Positions 18,194-27,649 of a stretch of 64,000 nt of DNA are shown here, piece by piece. Position 1 is the first letter of the stretch; every line of letters starts with the position of its first letter. Both the position numbers and the translations under genes were made by a program. The notes beneath the pieces are model-generated. The model saw nothing but the letters and a program-made list of their open reading frames with translations, did not search any database and was not told the origin of the DNA. Where the stretch lies: contig JAWRKM010000054.1 of assembly GCA_040306945.1 (NCBI GenBank), forward strand, positions 3,056-67,055, given 5' to 3'. Source of the stretch: Anaerohalosphaeraceae bacterium. GTDB taxonomy: Bacteria; Planctomycetota; Phycisphaerae; Sedimentisphaerales; Anaerohalosphaeraceae.

Positions 18194-19245
18194 TGGAACC
18201 GATCACTTTGCATGAAATAGAACACTGGCTTAGAGAAACCAGCGAAAAGGCCCTTGAGACGCTCTGGGCACGAGCGGATCAAGTACGCAAAGCCACAGTT
18301 GGCGACGAGGTACATCTGCGCGGCCTGATTGAAATTTCCAATCACTGTGTACGCAGGTGCGCCTATTGCGGGCTGGCTGCAGGCAATCGAACCATCGAAC
18401 GCTATCGGATGACGCGGGAGGAGATTTTAGAGTGTGCGATGAAGGCCGTGCGGCTGGGCTATGGTACTGTGGTCATGCAGGCCGGTGAAGATTATGGGAT
18501 CGCCGCCGACTGGCTGGCTGAAGTTATTCGAGAAATCAAAACACAAACGCCGCTGGCTGTAACGCTGAGCCTGGGCGAAAGACCCTACGACGAATTGAAA
18601 CTCTGGAAACAGGCTGGGGCAGATCGTTACCTGCTGCGATTTGAGACCTCCGATTCGCATTTATATGAATTAATTCACCCCTCGCTGCCGGGGAAAAAAT
18701 CCGATCGATTTGAAATCCTGCGGCAGCTTCAGGAACTGGGGTACGAGGCAGGCAGCGGCGTGATGATTGGTATTCCCGGCCAGACATACACAATCCTGGC
18801 CCAAGATATCCAGATATTTAGTACGATGGATTTGGACATGATAGGGGTGGGGCCCTTTATTCCCAGTCCAAATACGCCTTTGGGACGTGGTGAAATCCAT
18901 TTTGATATTGATCCGGCCCAACAGGTTCCGAACACGGAATTAATGACCTATAAGGTAGTCGCCCTGACGCGGCTTGTCCGTCCGGATGCCAATATCCCCA
19001 GCACGACCGCACTTGCAACGATCAATAAGGAAAGCGGGCGGGAATTAGGACTAATGCGTGGAGCCAATGTTGTGATGCCGAATTTGACTCCGGTGCAATA
19101 CCGTGAAAAATATGAGATTTATCCTGGAAAAGCCTGCATTAATGAGACAGCAGAGCAATGCAATGGCTGTTTGCGGGGTCGAATTGCTTCTATTGGCAGA
19201 ACCGTTGGAACTGGGCCAGGCGGAAGACATATAAGACCCAAATAG
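18193..19245 (+). CDS. hydE: [FeFe]-hydrogenase radical SAM maturase HydE
   Basis: GLIEISNHCVRRCAYC, GVGPFIP, NIPSTTAL, GANVVMPNLTP, YEIYPGK. Confidence 0.95.
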   Translation: MEPITLHEIEHWLRETSEKALETLWARADQVRKATVGDEVHLRGLIEISNHCVRRCAYCGLAAGNRTIERYRMTREEILECAMKAVRLGYGTVVMQAGEDYGIAADWLAEVIREIKTQTPLAVTLSLGERPYDELKLWKQAGADRYLLRFETSDSHLYELIHPSLPGKKSDRFEILRQLQELGYEAGSGVMIGIPGQTYTILAQDIQIFSTMDLDMIGVGPFIPSPNTPLGRGEIHFDIDPAQQVPNTELMTYKVVALTRLVRPDANIPSTTALATINKESGRELGLMRGANVVMPNLTPVQYREKYEIYPGKACINETAEQCNGCLRGRIASIGRTVGTGPGGRHIRPK

Positions 19246-19357
19246 CCTTGATTCTCAACTCAGAAAACTAAGATTTTATAACACCAACACAATTTATTGT
19301 GACACACAACACATTAAATAATATGCATATTCACTATTCATAGTATTTTTTAAAATA

Positions 19358-19375
19358 TGGTGATTTTTTTCACAA
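19358..19375. promoter_or_regulatory. Rex operator candidate
   Basis: TGGTGAT-TTTT-TTCACAA matches the Rex consensus TTGTGAA-N4-TTCACAA at 12 of 14 positions and lies 8 bp upstream of the rex -35. Confidence 0.7.
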
Positions 19376-19383
19376 AATTAGGG

Positions 19384-19412
19384 TTGACATCTTTCAAGAA
19401 ATGATATATATT
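19384..19412 (+). promoter_or_regulatory. Sigma70-type promoter of the rex-hydCBA-hydS operon
   Basis: TTGACA-17 bp-TATATT. Confidence 0.7.
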
Positions 19413-19438
19413 TATCGATATAATGGTATCGATAACAT

Positions 19439-20095
19439 ATGCTCATAGATGGAGAACCAAAATTGAAAGAGTTAACCAGTGTATCTGTTCCAACGGTGCG
19501 ACGCTTACCACTGTATATGACTATTCTCAAAGAGATCGAGTCGTCCAGTGAGCACGTCAGCAGCACCCTGATTGCAGACCGCCTCGGTCTGGAACAAATC
19601 CAGGTTCGCAAGGATTTGGCCGGGATTGGGGTTACTGGTCAGCCTGCAGTCGGATTTAATGTCCGCGAACTGATCGGTGCCATTGAACGCCTGCTGGGGT
19701 GGGACAATATGCGGGATGCGATTCTTGTCGGGGCCGGCAATCTGGGACAAGCCTTGCTGGGATATGATGGGTTTGCCCGTTATGGCTTGAATATCGTTGC
19801 CGCTTTTGATTCCAACCCTGAAATTATCGGAATGAAAATTCACGGCAAACCCGTGTTTGATATCGAATTGCTTTCTTCTCTGACGGAGCGGATGCATATT
19901 CAAATCGGCATTCTGACAGTCCCGGGTAAAGTGGCTCAGCCGGTTGCCGATATGCTGATAAAGGCCGGCATTCACGCAATATGGAATTTCACGCCGGTAA
20001 AACTCAATGTGAGTGATAATACCATCGTGGAACAGGTTGATCTGGCGGCAAGTCTGGCGGTCTTATCCAGCAAATTAAAGGCAGCAAACAAATAA
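19439..20095 (+). CDS. rex: Redox-sensing transcriptional repressor Rex
   Basis: PTVRRLPLY, winged-HTH QVRKDL, Rossmann VGAGNLGQAL, AIWNFTP. Confidence 0.95.
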   Translation: MLIDGEPKLKELTSVSVPTVRRLPLYMTILKEIESSSEHVSSTLIADRLGLEQIQVRKDLAGIGVTGQPAVGFNVRELIGAIERLLGWDNMRDAILVGAGNLGQALLGYDGFARYGLNIVAAFDSNPEIIGMKIHGKPVFDIELLSSLTERMHIQIGILTVPGKVAQPVADMLIKAGIHAIWNFTPVKLNVSDNTIVEQVDLAASLAVLSSKLKAANK

Positions 20096-20182
20096 CATAC
20101 AGGTATATCTTTATACTGTTCTGAATCTGAATACGAATGATAGCTGACAACGCTCAGCGTCTATAGATAGAAAGGGATAATC

Positions 20183-20692
20183 ATGTGTTCATCGTGTTGT
20201 AATGCTCAGCAGGAGCAGGTTCGGCGGTTTGAAAAAGTATGCCGAATTCTTGACAAACATCAGCATAATCCGTCACGGCTGATTCCGATTCTGCAGGAAG
20301 TCCAGAAAGAATACCGGTATTTACCTGAAGAGGTGATGGCATTTATTGCAACCTCGCTGGGTGTATCCCCTGCCAAGGTGTACGGGGTCGCCAGCTTCTA
20401 TGCCAATTTTGCCCTCAAACCCAAGGGCAAGTATGTTATTCATATCTGTGAGGGCACAGCCTGCCATGTCAAAGGCTCCGGCAAGATTAAAGACGCCTTG
20501 TTCAAAAAACTGAATGTCACAGCGGAAAATAATACGACAACAGATATGCTGTTCACGGTTCAGCCGGTGTCATGCCTGGGAGCCTGCGGACTGGCCCCGG
20601 TCATGACAGTCAATGAAGAAGTGCATGGCCAGGTCACGCCCGAAGCGGCGGTGGCCATTGTCGATGAAATCATCAAAAAGGAACGAAACTAA
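20183..20692 (+). CDS. hydC: [FeFe]-hydrogenase gamma subunit (NuoE-like, [2Fe-2S])
   Basis: LIPILQEVQKEYRYLP, ICEGTACHVKG, VSCLGACGLAP. Confidence 0.93.
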   Translation: MCSSCCNAQQEQVRRFEKVCRILDKHQHNPSRLIPILQEVQKEYRYLPEEVMAFIATSLGVSPAKVYGVASFYANFALKPKGKYVIHICEGTACHVKGSGKIKDALFKKLNVTAENNTTTDMLFTVQPVSCLGACGLAPVMTVNEEVHGQVTPEAAVAIVDEIIKKERN

Positions 20693-22587
20693 TGCTTACT
20701 GATATGCAAAGTCTGGAACAGATTAAAGAGGGTTATGACAAGGCGGCCCAGCCTATCCAGCATCGTATTATCGTCTGTGCGGGTACCGGTTGTGTCGCGA
20801 ATGGCTCATTGAAGGTTTTTGAAGCCCTGAAAAAAGAAGTCCAAGCCAACGGACTGACCGCAGTTGTGGCACTGGAGGAATGCAATGAAGGCCAGATTCA
20901 TCTGAGCAAGAGCGGCTGCCAGGGATTCTGCCAGATGGGTCCGCTGGTCACGATTGAACCGGAAGGTATCCTTTATGTGAAAGTCAAGGTTGAGGATGCA
21001 GCCGAAATCATTAAGACCACACTCATTGATAAAAGCAAGGTCGAACGGCTGCTGTATGTCGATCCGGCACACGGCCAGGTCTGTCATACGCAAAAAGAGA
21101 TCCCCTTCTATGCCCAGCAAAAACGCATCGAGCTGGGAGATTGCGGCTATATTGATCCGGAGGATATCCGGGAATATATCGCCCGAGGCGGCTATCAGGC
21201 GGCTCGCCGGGCTTATACCAAGATGACGGCCCAGCAGGTCTGCGAAGAAATTACGGCGTCGGGCTTGCGAGGACGCGGCGGCGGCGGTTTTCCCACAGGG
21301 AAAAAGTGGGCACTGACCCTGCAGCAGAAATCCGACAAAAAATATGTCGTTTGCAATGGTGACGAAGGTGATCCGGGTGCTTTTATGGATCGCAGTCTGA
21401 TGGAAGGCAACCCGCACCGCGTGCTGGAAGGTATTATGATTGCCGGTCGTGCAATCGAAGCGGACTATGCATATGTATATGTTCGGGCGGAATACCCGCT
21501 GGCCGTGGAACGGGTACGCAAGGCTGTGGAGGATGCACGTGCGTTGGGCATCCTGGGAGCCGATGTATTCGGCAGCGGTATGGCTTTTGACTGTGAGGTC
21601 ATGGAAGGTGCCGGCGCATTTGTCTGCGGCGAAGAGACTGCTTTGATGGCCTCGATTGAAGGCCAGCGAGGAATGCCGCGTCCCAAACCCCCGTTCCCCG
21701 CACAATCTGGATTGTGGGGCAAACCCACTGTGATTAACAACGTAGAAACCCTGGCCTGTGTCCCGTTGATCATCACCAACGGGCCAGGCTGGTATCGTGA
21801 GTGCGGCACGCAAGGTTCACCGGGAACCAAAACCTTTGCCCTGACCGGCCATGTGGCCAATACGGGACTGATTGAGGTTCCGTTTGGTTCGACACTGCGA
21901 CAAATCGTGTTTGATATTGGCGGCGGCGTAACCGATGCGACCGGTGAAATTGACCCGGATGCCTTCAAGGCCGTTCAGATTGGCGGACCATCCGGCGGGT
22001 GTCTGACTAAAGAGCACCTCGATTATCCTCTGGATTTCGACACGGTCAAAAAGATTGGGGCCATGGTCGGTTCCGGCGGTCTGGTGGTGATGAATAACAA
22101 GACCTGCATGGTGCAGATCGCCCACTTTTTCATGCGGTTTACACAAAATGAATCGTGCGGCAAATGCATCCCCTGCCGGGAAGGCACCAAACAAATGCTG
22201 CTGCTGCTGGAACAGATTATGGAAGGCAAGGGCACTGCCAAGACACTGGATACCCTCCAGACGCTGGCCGAAGCCGTCCAGAAAGGCTCTCTGTGCGGGC
22301 TGGGCAAAACGGCCCCCAACCCGGTATTGAGCACGCTGAATTATTTCCGGCATGAATACGAAGCGCATATTTTCCAGAAACGCTGCCCTGCCGGTGCGTG
22401 CAAGGCGCTGGCGATACCGGAAATTGTAGCCGAATTGTGCAAAGGCTGCGGATTATGTGCCAAGAAGTGTCCTGTCGGGGCAATCACAGGCGAACGGAAA
22501 CAACCTCATAAAATTGACGCGGATAAATGCATACGCTGCGGCGCCTGTGCCCAGGCCTGCAAGTTTAACGCGGTTGCTGGAGTATAA
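20692..22587 (+). CDS. hydB: [FeFe]-hydrogenase beta subunit (NuoF-like; FMN/NADH, extra Fe-S)
   Basis: N-terminal CAGTGC...GCQGFC domain, GLRGRGGGGFPTG, DEGDPGAFMDR, GAGAFVCGEET, ESCGKCIPCREG, C-terminal 2x[4Fe-4S] (CKGCGLCAKKCP, CIRCGACAQACK). Confidence 0.94.
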   Translation: MLTDMQSLEQIKEGYDKAAQPIQHRIIVCAGTGCVANGSLKVFEALKKEVQANGLTAVVALEECNEGQIHLSKSGCQGFCQMGPLVTIEPEGILYVKVKVEDAAEIIKTTLIDKSKVERLLYVDPAHGQVCHTQKEIPFYAQQKRIELGDCGYIDPEDIREYIARGGYQAARRAYTKMTAQQVCEEITASGLRGRGGGGFPTGKKWALTLQQKSDKKYVVCNGDEGDPGAFMDRSLMEGNPHRVLEGIMIAGRAIEADYAYVYVRAEYPLAVERVRKAVEDARALGILGADVFGSGMAFDCEVMEGAGAFVCGEETALMASIEGQRGMPRPKPPFPAQSGLWGKPTVINNVETLACVPLIITNGPGWYRECGTQGSPGTKTFALTGHVANTGLIEVPFGSTLRQIVFDIGGGVTDATGEIDPDAFKAVQIGGPSGGCLTKEHLDYPLDFDTVKKIGAMVGSGGLVVMNNKTCMVQIAHFFMRFTQNESCGKCIPCREGTKQMLLLLEQIMEGKGTAKTLDTLQTLAEAVQKGSLCGLGKTAPNPVLSTLNYFRHEYEAHIFQKRCPAGACKALAIPEIVAELCKGCGLCAKKCPVGAITGERKQPHKIDADKCIRCGACAQACKFNAVAGV

Positions 22588-22589
22588 TC

Positions 22590-24608
22590 ATGAATACCAA
22601 TGGAACCAATGAACAGATCATTCTGAACGGTCAGCCGGTTGCTATCAACGGGCAAAAGAATCTGCTGGAGCTGATTCGATCAACAGGCATTGAACTGCCG
22701 ACGTTCTGCTATCATTCAAAATTAAGCGTTTATGGCGCCTGCCGGCTTTGCATCGTGGAAATAGACGGCATGGGCATCGTAACCTCGTGCAGCACAGTGC
22801 CGACTCCCGGCATGGTCGTGCGTACACATACCGACCAGCTTCGCAAGATGCGGCGGGTGTTTCTGGAATTGCTGCTGGCCAACCACCACCAGAGCTGTAC
22901 CACGTGTGATAAATCCGACGCCTGCAAGCTGCAGGAACTGGCCCGGCAGATGGGTGTGACGGAGGTGCGATTCCCGTCGATTCCCAAACATATGCAGGCC
23001 GATACCTCCAGTCCCTCGCTGGTACGTGATCCGAATAAATGCATTCTCTGCGGCGACTGCGTCCGGGCATGCAGCGAAATTCAGGGTATTGGTGCAATTG
23101 ACTTTGCCGGCCGCGGTGCCAACACCGTCGTTGCTCCGGCGTTCAATAAAGAGCTGGGGCAAGTTGATTGCGTCAACTGCGGCCTTTGTGCCAGCGTCTG
23201 CCCCACCGGCGCGATTGTTCCCAAGAGCGAAATTGAGGAGGTTTGGAGAGCCGTTAATGACCCGAATGTGACTGTCGTTGCTCAGATTGCCCCGGCGGTG
23301 CGTGTTGCCCTCGGCGAAATGTTCGGACTGGAACCCGGAGTGGCTACGACCGGGCGTATTGTCGCTGCTCTGAAAAAAATCGGGTTTGACAAAGTATATG
23401 ATACCAGCTTTGCTGCCGACTTGACGGTGCTGGAAGAAGCGACAGAATTTATGGAACGCAAGACTCTCGGCAAGAAGCTGCCGCTGTTTACCTCCTGCTG
23501 CCCAGGCTGGGTCAAGTATGCCGAGCAGTATTATCCCGAACTGCTGCCGAATCTGTCGAGCTGCCGCAGCCCGCAGCAGATGTTCGGTTCATTAGCCAAG
23601 ACCACCCTGCCGGAACAATTAAAGATCAAGCCGGAACAACTGTATGTGGTATCGATTATGCCCTGTACGGCCAAAAAATTCGAGGCCAAACGTCCTGAAT
23701 TTCGTGGTCCGGCCGGTGCTGATGTTGATGCGGTCCTGACAACCCAGGAACTGGGCAAGATGATTAAGCAGGCCGGTATTCAATTCCATAAACTGACTCC
23801 CGAATCGCTCGATATGCCGATGGGCTTTAAGACCGGTGCCGGCGTGATTTTCGGCACCACCGGCGGCGTCAGCGAGGCGGTCTTGCGATATGCCTATGAG
23901 AAACTGACCGGGACACGGCTGGAAAATCCTGATTTCACCGAGGTCCGCGGCAACACCGGTATCCTCAGCAAGACGTTGCGAATCGGCGACATTTATCTGA
24001 AGCTGGCGATTGTGCACAGCCTGTCCAATGCCCGCAAGATTGCCGACCAGGTCAAGGCTGGTAATTGCGATTATGATTTGATTGAAGTGATGGCTTGTCC
24101 GGGCGGATGCGTTGCCGGGGCCGGTCAGCCGGTCTGTGAAGGCAGCGAGGTCATCCAGCAGCGTGCCAAAGGACTTTATGAAGCCGATAAGACTCTCCAG
24201 CTTCATAAGTCGCAGGATAATCCCTATATTCAGCAGTGCTACCAGACGACTCTGGAAAAACCCGGCAGCCATAAGGCTCATGAGATTCTGCATACTGAAT
24301 ACAACAGCCGCAAACGGCTGTGCGGCAGTGCCATCAACCTGTCGGAAGGCAATGGTGACGGCAAGCTGAATGTATCGGTCTGCGTGGGAACCGGCTGTTA
24401 CCTCCGCGGCTCTCAGACGCTGCTGACGCAACTGCTGGATACGGCCCATACCAAAGGCATCAATGATAAGCTGCACATCAAGGCGACATTCTGCTTTGAG
24501 GCATGCACTAAAGGACCAACTGTCAAAATCGGCGATACGATTCTGCATAAATGCGACCTGAAAACGGCAACCCGAGAGATCGATAACCAGTTAAATGTCC
24601 GTGCCTGA
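22590..24608 (+). CDS. hydA: Group A3 [FeFe]-hydrogenase catalytic subunit with C-terminal thioredoxin-like [2Fe-2S] domain
   Basis: H-cluster motifs TSCCPGW, MPCTAKKFE, EVMACPGGC; N-terminal [2Fe-2S], His-ligated [4Fe-4S] and 2x[4Fe-4S]; C-terminal CVGTGC...FCFEAC. Confidence 0.96.
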   Translation: MNTNGTNEQIILNGQPVAINGQKNLLELIRSTGIELPTFCYHSKLSVYGACRLCIVEIDGMGIVTSCSTVPTPGMVVRTHTDQLRKMRRVFLELLLANHHQSCTTCDKSDACKLQELARQMGVTEVRFPSIPKHMQADTSSPSLVRDPNKCILCGDCVRACSEIQGIGAIDFAGRGANTVVAPAFNKELGQVDCVNCGLCASVCPTGAIVPKSEIEEVWRAVNDPNVTVVAQIAPAVRVALGEMFGLEPGVATTGRIVAALKKIGFDKVYDTSFAADLTVLEEATEFMERKTLGKKLPLFTSCCPGWVKYAEQYYPELLPNLSSCRSPQQMFGSLAKTTLPEQLKIKPEQLYVVSIMPCTAKKFEAKRPEFRGPAGADVDAVLTTQELGKMIKQAGIQFHKLTPESLDMPMGFKTGAGVIFGTTGGVSEAVLRYAYEKLTGTRLENPDFTEVRGNTGILSKTLRIGDIYLKLAIVHSLSNARKIADQVKAGNCDYDLIEVMACPGGCVAGAGQPVCEGSEVIQQRAKGLYEADKTLQLHKSQDNPYIQQCYQTTLEKPGSHKAHEILHTEYNSRKRLCGSAINLSEGNGDGKLNVSVCVGTGCYLRGSQTLLTQLLDTAHTKGINDKLHIKATFCFEACTKGPTVKIGDTILHKCDLKTATREIDNQLNVRA

Positions 24609-24739
24609 TGTTGATACTCACCCGGTTTGATTATACCGCGAACAAAAAAGCAAGTGGTTGAAGCTGCTGGTTTTTGGCCGCGACGAAATGGGACATTACA
24701 AGTTGAATCAGTATATTATTGTGGTAAGGAACTCGAACC

Positions 24740-26482
24740 ATGCAGACGCCCAATCAAGTCGTGTTTACGAATAAAGCCCGATGTCGGGACTGCTACCGGT
24801 GCATTCGCATCTGTCCGGTCCACGCCATCGGGATCCGTGATGGGCAGGCGTATGTCGACCCGCAAAAATGCATCTGCTGCGGGACCTGCATTCGAGAATG
24901 TCCCCAAAAAGCCAAGGTTTTTCGCAACGATGTGGAAATGGTTCGGGATTTACTGCATCAGGGCGGACCGGTTGCCGTAACAATGGCCCCGTCGTTTGCT
25001 GCATTTTTCCAGCCCTGGCAGCAGAAGCGTCTGCCCAGCGCGCTGCGCAAACTTGGATTTGCATTTGTCGCCGAAACCTCCGTCGGAGCGTATCCGGTGG
25101 CTCAGGCGACACGCCAGCATTTTGAGCAGTGCCAGCAGGGAGCCTGCATCAGTACGGCGTGCCCTGCTGTGGTGGGATTTATCGAACGGCTGCAGCCGCA
25201 ACTGGCCGCCAATCTGGCACAGGTGGTTTCACCGATGATTGCCCACGGCCGTATGCTCAAGATTAAACTGGGGCTAGGGACCAAAGTGGTTTTCATCGGT
25301 CCCTGTGTAGCCAAAAAGGCCGAGGCGGACCGCTATCCGGACAAACCCATTGATGCAGTACTAACGTTTCAGGAATTGGAAGAATGGTTTGAATCAGACC
25401 ATCTCAATCTGGCCAACCTGGAAGAAAGTCCGTTTGATCAACAGCCCGCCGGATGGGCAAGATTGTTTGCCCTGGCCGGGGGAGCCCTGAAAACAGCTTC
25501 GGAAAATACCGATATGCTGGCCGAGAACACCCTGGCCATGAGCGGCGTTGAGGAAATTCGGGAATGGATCGCCTCCTGCGGAGATGGGAAAGGACAGCAT
25601 GTTCTGGTCGAACCACTGTTTTGCCGACAGGGCTGTATTAACGGCCCGGCCGTGCCTCAAGAAACACTTCCGGTATTCCAGCGTCGCAAAGCCGTGCTGG
25701 ACTATGCGGCCAATTTGCCCGGACAGGAATCCATTGAAGCGATTCCTGCAGGCATTACCGAAAAGCCATATCGACTCCATCCCGTGGCTGAGGAGCCAAT
25801 CAACGAGGAAGTCATCCGGATTATTCTGGAAATGAGCGGCAAAAAGGATCCTTCCGACCAGTTGAATTGCGGAGCATGCGGATACTCGACTTGCCGTCAG
25901 CAGGCCATTGCTGTCTTTCGCCAGATGGCCGAGCCGGAGATGTGCATTCCCTTTATGCGACGACTGGCTGAGCAGAAGACCGATAAGATTATCGACACCA
26001 GCCCCAACGGGATTGTCATTCTGGATGAACATCTCAACATTCTGAACATGAACCCCTCGTTTCGACGAATGTTCATGTGTTCAACGGCTTTATGTGGCAA
26101 GCATATCTCAACACTGATCGACCCGGATACCTTTGAAAAAGTCGCCAGCGGTCAGAAAGAGCGGCTGCAAGCCCTCATTGAACATAAAAAATACGGTTTG
26201 GTCTGTCATCAGATCGTGTACGCCCTGCCGCAGGAAAAGCAATATGTCGGAATTTTTGTGGACATGACACAAAGTCTGGCCGAACGTAAACAGCTTGATG
26301 AGCTGCGCAGCCAGACCCTTCAGCAGGCCCAGAATCTGCTGAGCCACCAGATCGACATGGCTCGCCGGATTGCCCAGTTTCTTGGCGAAAGCTCCGCGCA
26401 GGGACAGCGGCTGGTGGACAATCTGATGCAGATGGCCCAGGAAAAGAATCCGCCGCGAAAACCGCTGGCACCCGAACAATGA
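24740..26482 (+). CDS. hydS: Group C sensory [FeFe]-hydrogenase with PAS domain (HydS/HfsB-like)
   Basis: 2x[4Fe-4S] N-terminus, altered H-cluster motifs (STACP, GPCVAKKAE, LFCRQGCING), NCGACGYSTC...MCIP FeS domain, PAS (IIDTSPNGIVILD...MNPSF). Confidence 0.9.
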   Translation: MQTPNQVVFTNKARCRDCYRCIRICPVHAIGIRDGQAYVDPQKCICCGTCIRECPQKAKVFRNDVEMVRDLLHQGGPVAVTMAPSFAAFFQPWQQKRLPSALRKLGFAFVAETSVGAYPVAQATRQHFEQCQQGACISTACPAVVGFIERLQPQLAANLAQVVSPMIAHGRMLKIKLGLGTKVVFIGPCVAKKAEADRYPDKPIDAVLTFQELEEWFESDHLNLANLEESPFDQQPAGWARLFALAGGALKTASENTDMLAENTLAMSGVEEIREWIASCGDGKGQHVLVEPLFCRQGCINGPAVPQETLPVFQRRKAVLDYAANLPGQESIEAIPAGITEKPYRLHPVAEEPINEEVIRIILEMSGKKDPSDQLNCGACGYSTCRQQAIAVFRQMAEPEMCIPFMRRLAEQKTDKIIDTSPNGIVILDEHLNILNMNPSFRRMFMCSTALCGKHISTLIDPDTFEKVASGQKERLQALIEHKKYGLVCHQIVYALPQEKQYVGIFVDMTQSLAERKQLDELRSQTLQQAQNLLSHQIDMARRIAQFLGESSAQGQRLVDNLMQMAQEKNPPRKPLAPEQ

Positions 26483-27633
26483 AATCCGGATACCTGCATA
26501 TCGACATTTTGTCCCGGCAGATGCCCAAGCGTTTTGATGATGTTTGCGGCGATGCCATCCTGCAATGGCGCACTGAAGAAGCGACCACAATCCTGTTGTG
26601 CGATGGGGTCGGCTCCGGCTCCTCGGCCCATATTGCAGCCACACTGTGCACTTCCACGTTCAAGGGATTGCTGGATAACGGATTTTCCTTTCGTCAGGCG
26701 TTTCAGATTGTCGTCAAGACGCTGGAACAATGGAAGGACCCGCAAATGCCGTATTGTGCGATCAGTGCGGCTCGCATTCTGAATGATGGCCAGACCACGG
26801 TTCTGGCTTATGAAGCCCCGGCTCCTGTTTTGGTCGGCCAGGGAATCGCCACGGTCCTGCCGCAAAAACCGTTCCTCATGGAAGGAGCGATAGCTCATGA
26901 ATATAGCTGTTATCTGATTGCCGGAGAAGGAATCGTACTCTTCAGCGACGGCATCAGCCAGGCGGGTTTAGGCAGAGAATTGATCGGCGGCTGGGGCAGT
27001 GAACGGGTTGCCGATTATCTGAGTCGTCTGATTGCCGATCACACCCCTGCGGCGGAGTACTGTGACAGGATTCTTGAGAAAGCCTGTGATTTATCCGGCG
27101 GCCAGTCGCACGATGACGCCACGGTAATTTATGCCCGATGCCGGCCGGGACGGACAGTGACTATTCTGACCGGCCCCCCTTCGGAGCCGGCCAAAGATGC
27201 AGTCGTCGTCCGACGTTTTCTGCAATCCGCAGGTGCCAAGGTGGTTTGCGGTGCAACGACCGCTGCAGTTGTTGCCCGCGAAGGAAATAAAACCCTGGAA
27301 ATGGAAGACATGCCATCCAGTCTGGTCGCTCCCCCGCGATATTATATGGAAGGAATTGACCTGGCTACAGAAGGAGCGGTCACTTTAAATCAGCTTTGCA
27401 ACATATTGGATATCACGGAACCGAAATTTGAAGAGACCAATTCTGTGACCGAACTGTATGACCTCCTCATGGATGCAGACCGCATCGAGTTTTTGATGGG
27501 CAACCGGAAAAATCCAGGCTCCGGCGGCATTACCTTCTGCCAGAAAGGCATTCTAACCCGCGAAAAGATTGTCCCTATCCTGGCTGATAAACTCCGGGCT
27601 AAAGGCAAACTGGTCGTCATCCATCCTTTTTAA
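26479..27633 (+). CDS. SpoIIE/PP2C-family Ser/Thr phosphatase (HfsC-like)
   Basis: LCDGVGSG, FSDGISQAG, DDATV metal-binding motifs; ATGA overlap with hydS. Confidence 0.9.
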   Translation: MKSGYLHIDILSRQMPKRFDDVCGDAILQWRTEEATTILLCDGVGSGSSAHIAATLCTSTFKGLLDNGFSFRQAFQIVVKTLEQWKDPQMPYCAISAARILNDGQTTVLAYEAPAPVLVGQGIATVLPQKPFLMEGAIAHEYSCYLIAGEGIVLFSDGISQAGLGRELIGGWGSERVADYLSRLIADHTPAAEYCDRILEKACDLSGGQSHDDATVIYARCRPGRTVTILTGPPSEPAKDAVVVRRFLQSAGAKVVCGATTAAVVAREGNKTLEMEDMPSSLVAPPRYYMEGIDLATEGAVTLNQLCNILDITEPKFEETNSVTELYDLLMDADRIEFLMGNRKNPGSGGITFCQKGILTREKIVPILADKLRAKGKLVVIHPF

Positions 27634-27649
27634 AACAGTGCCGCAGGCC

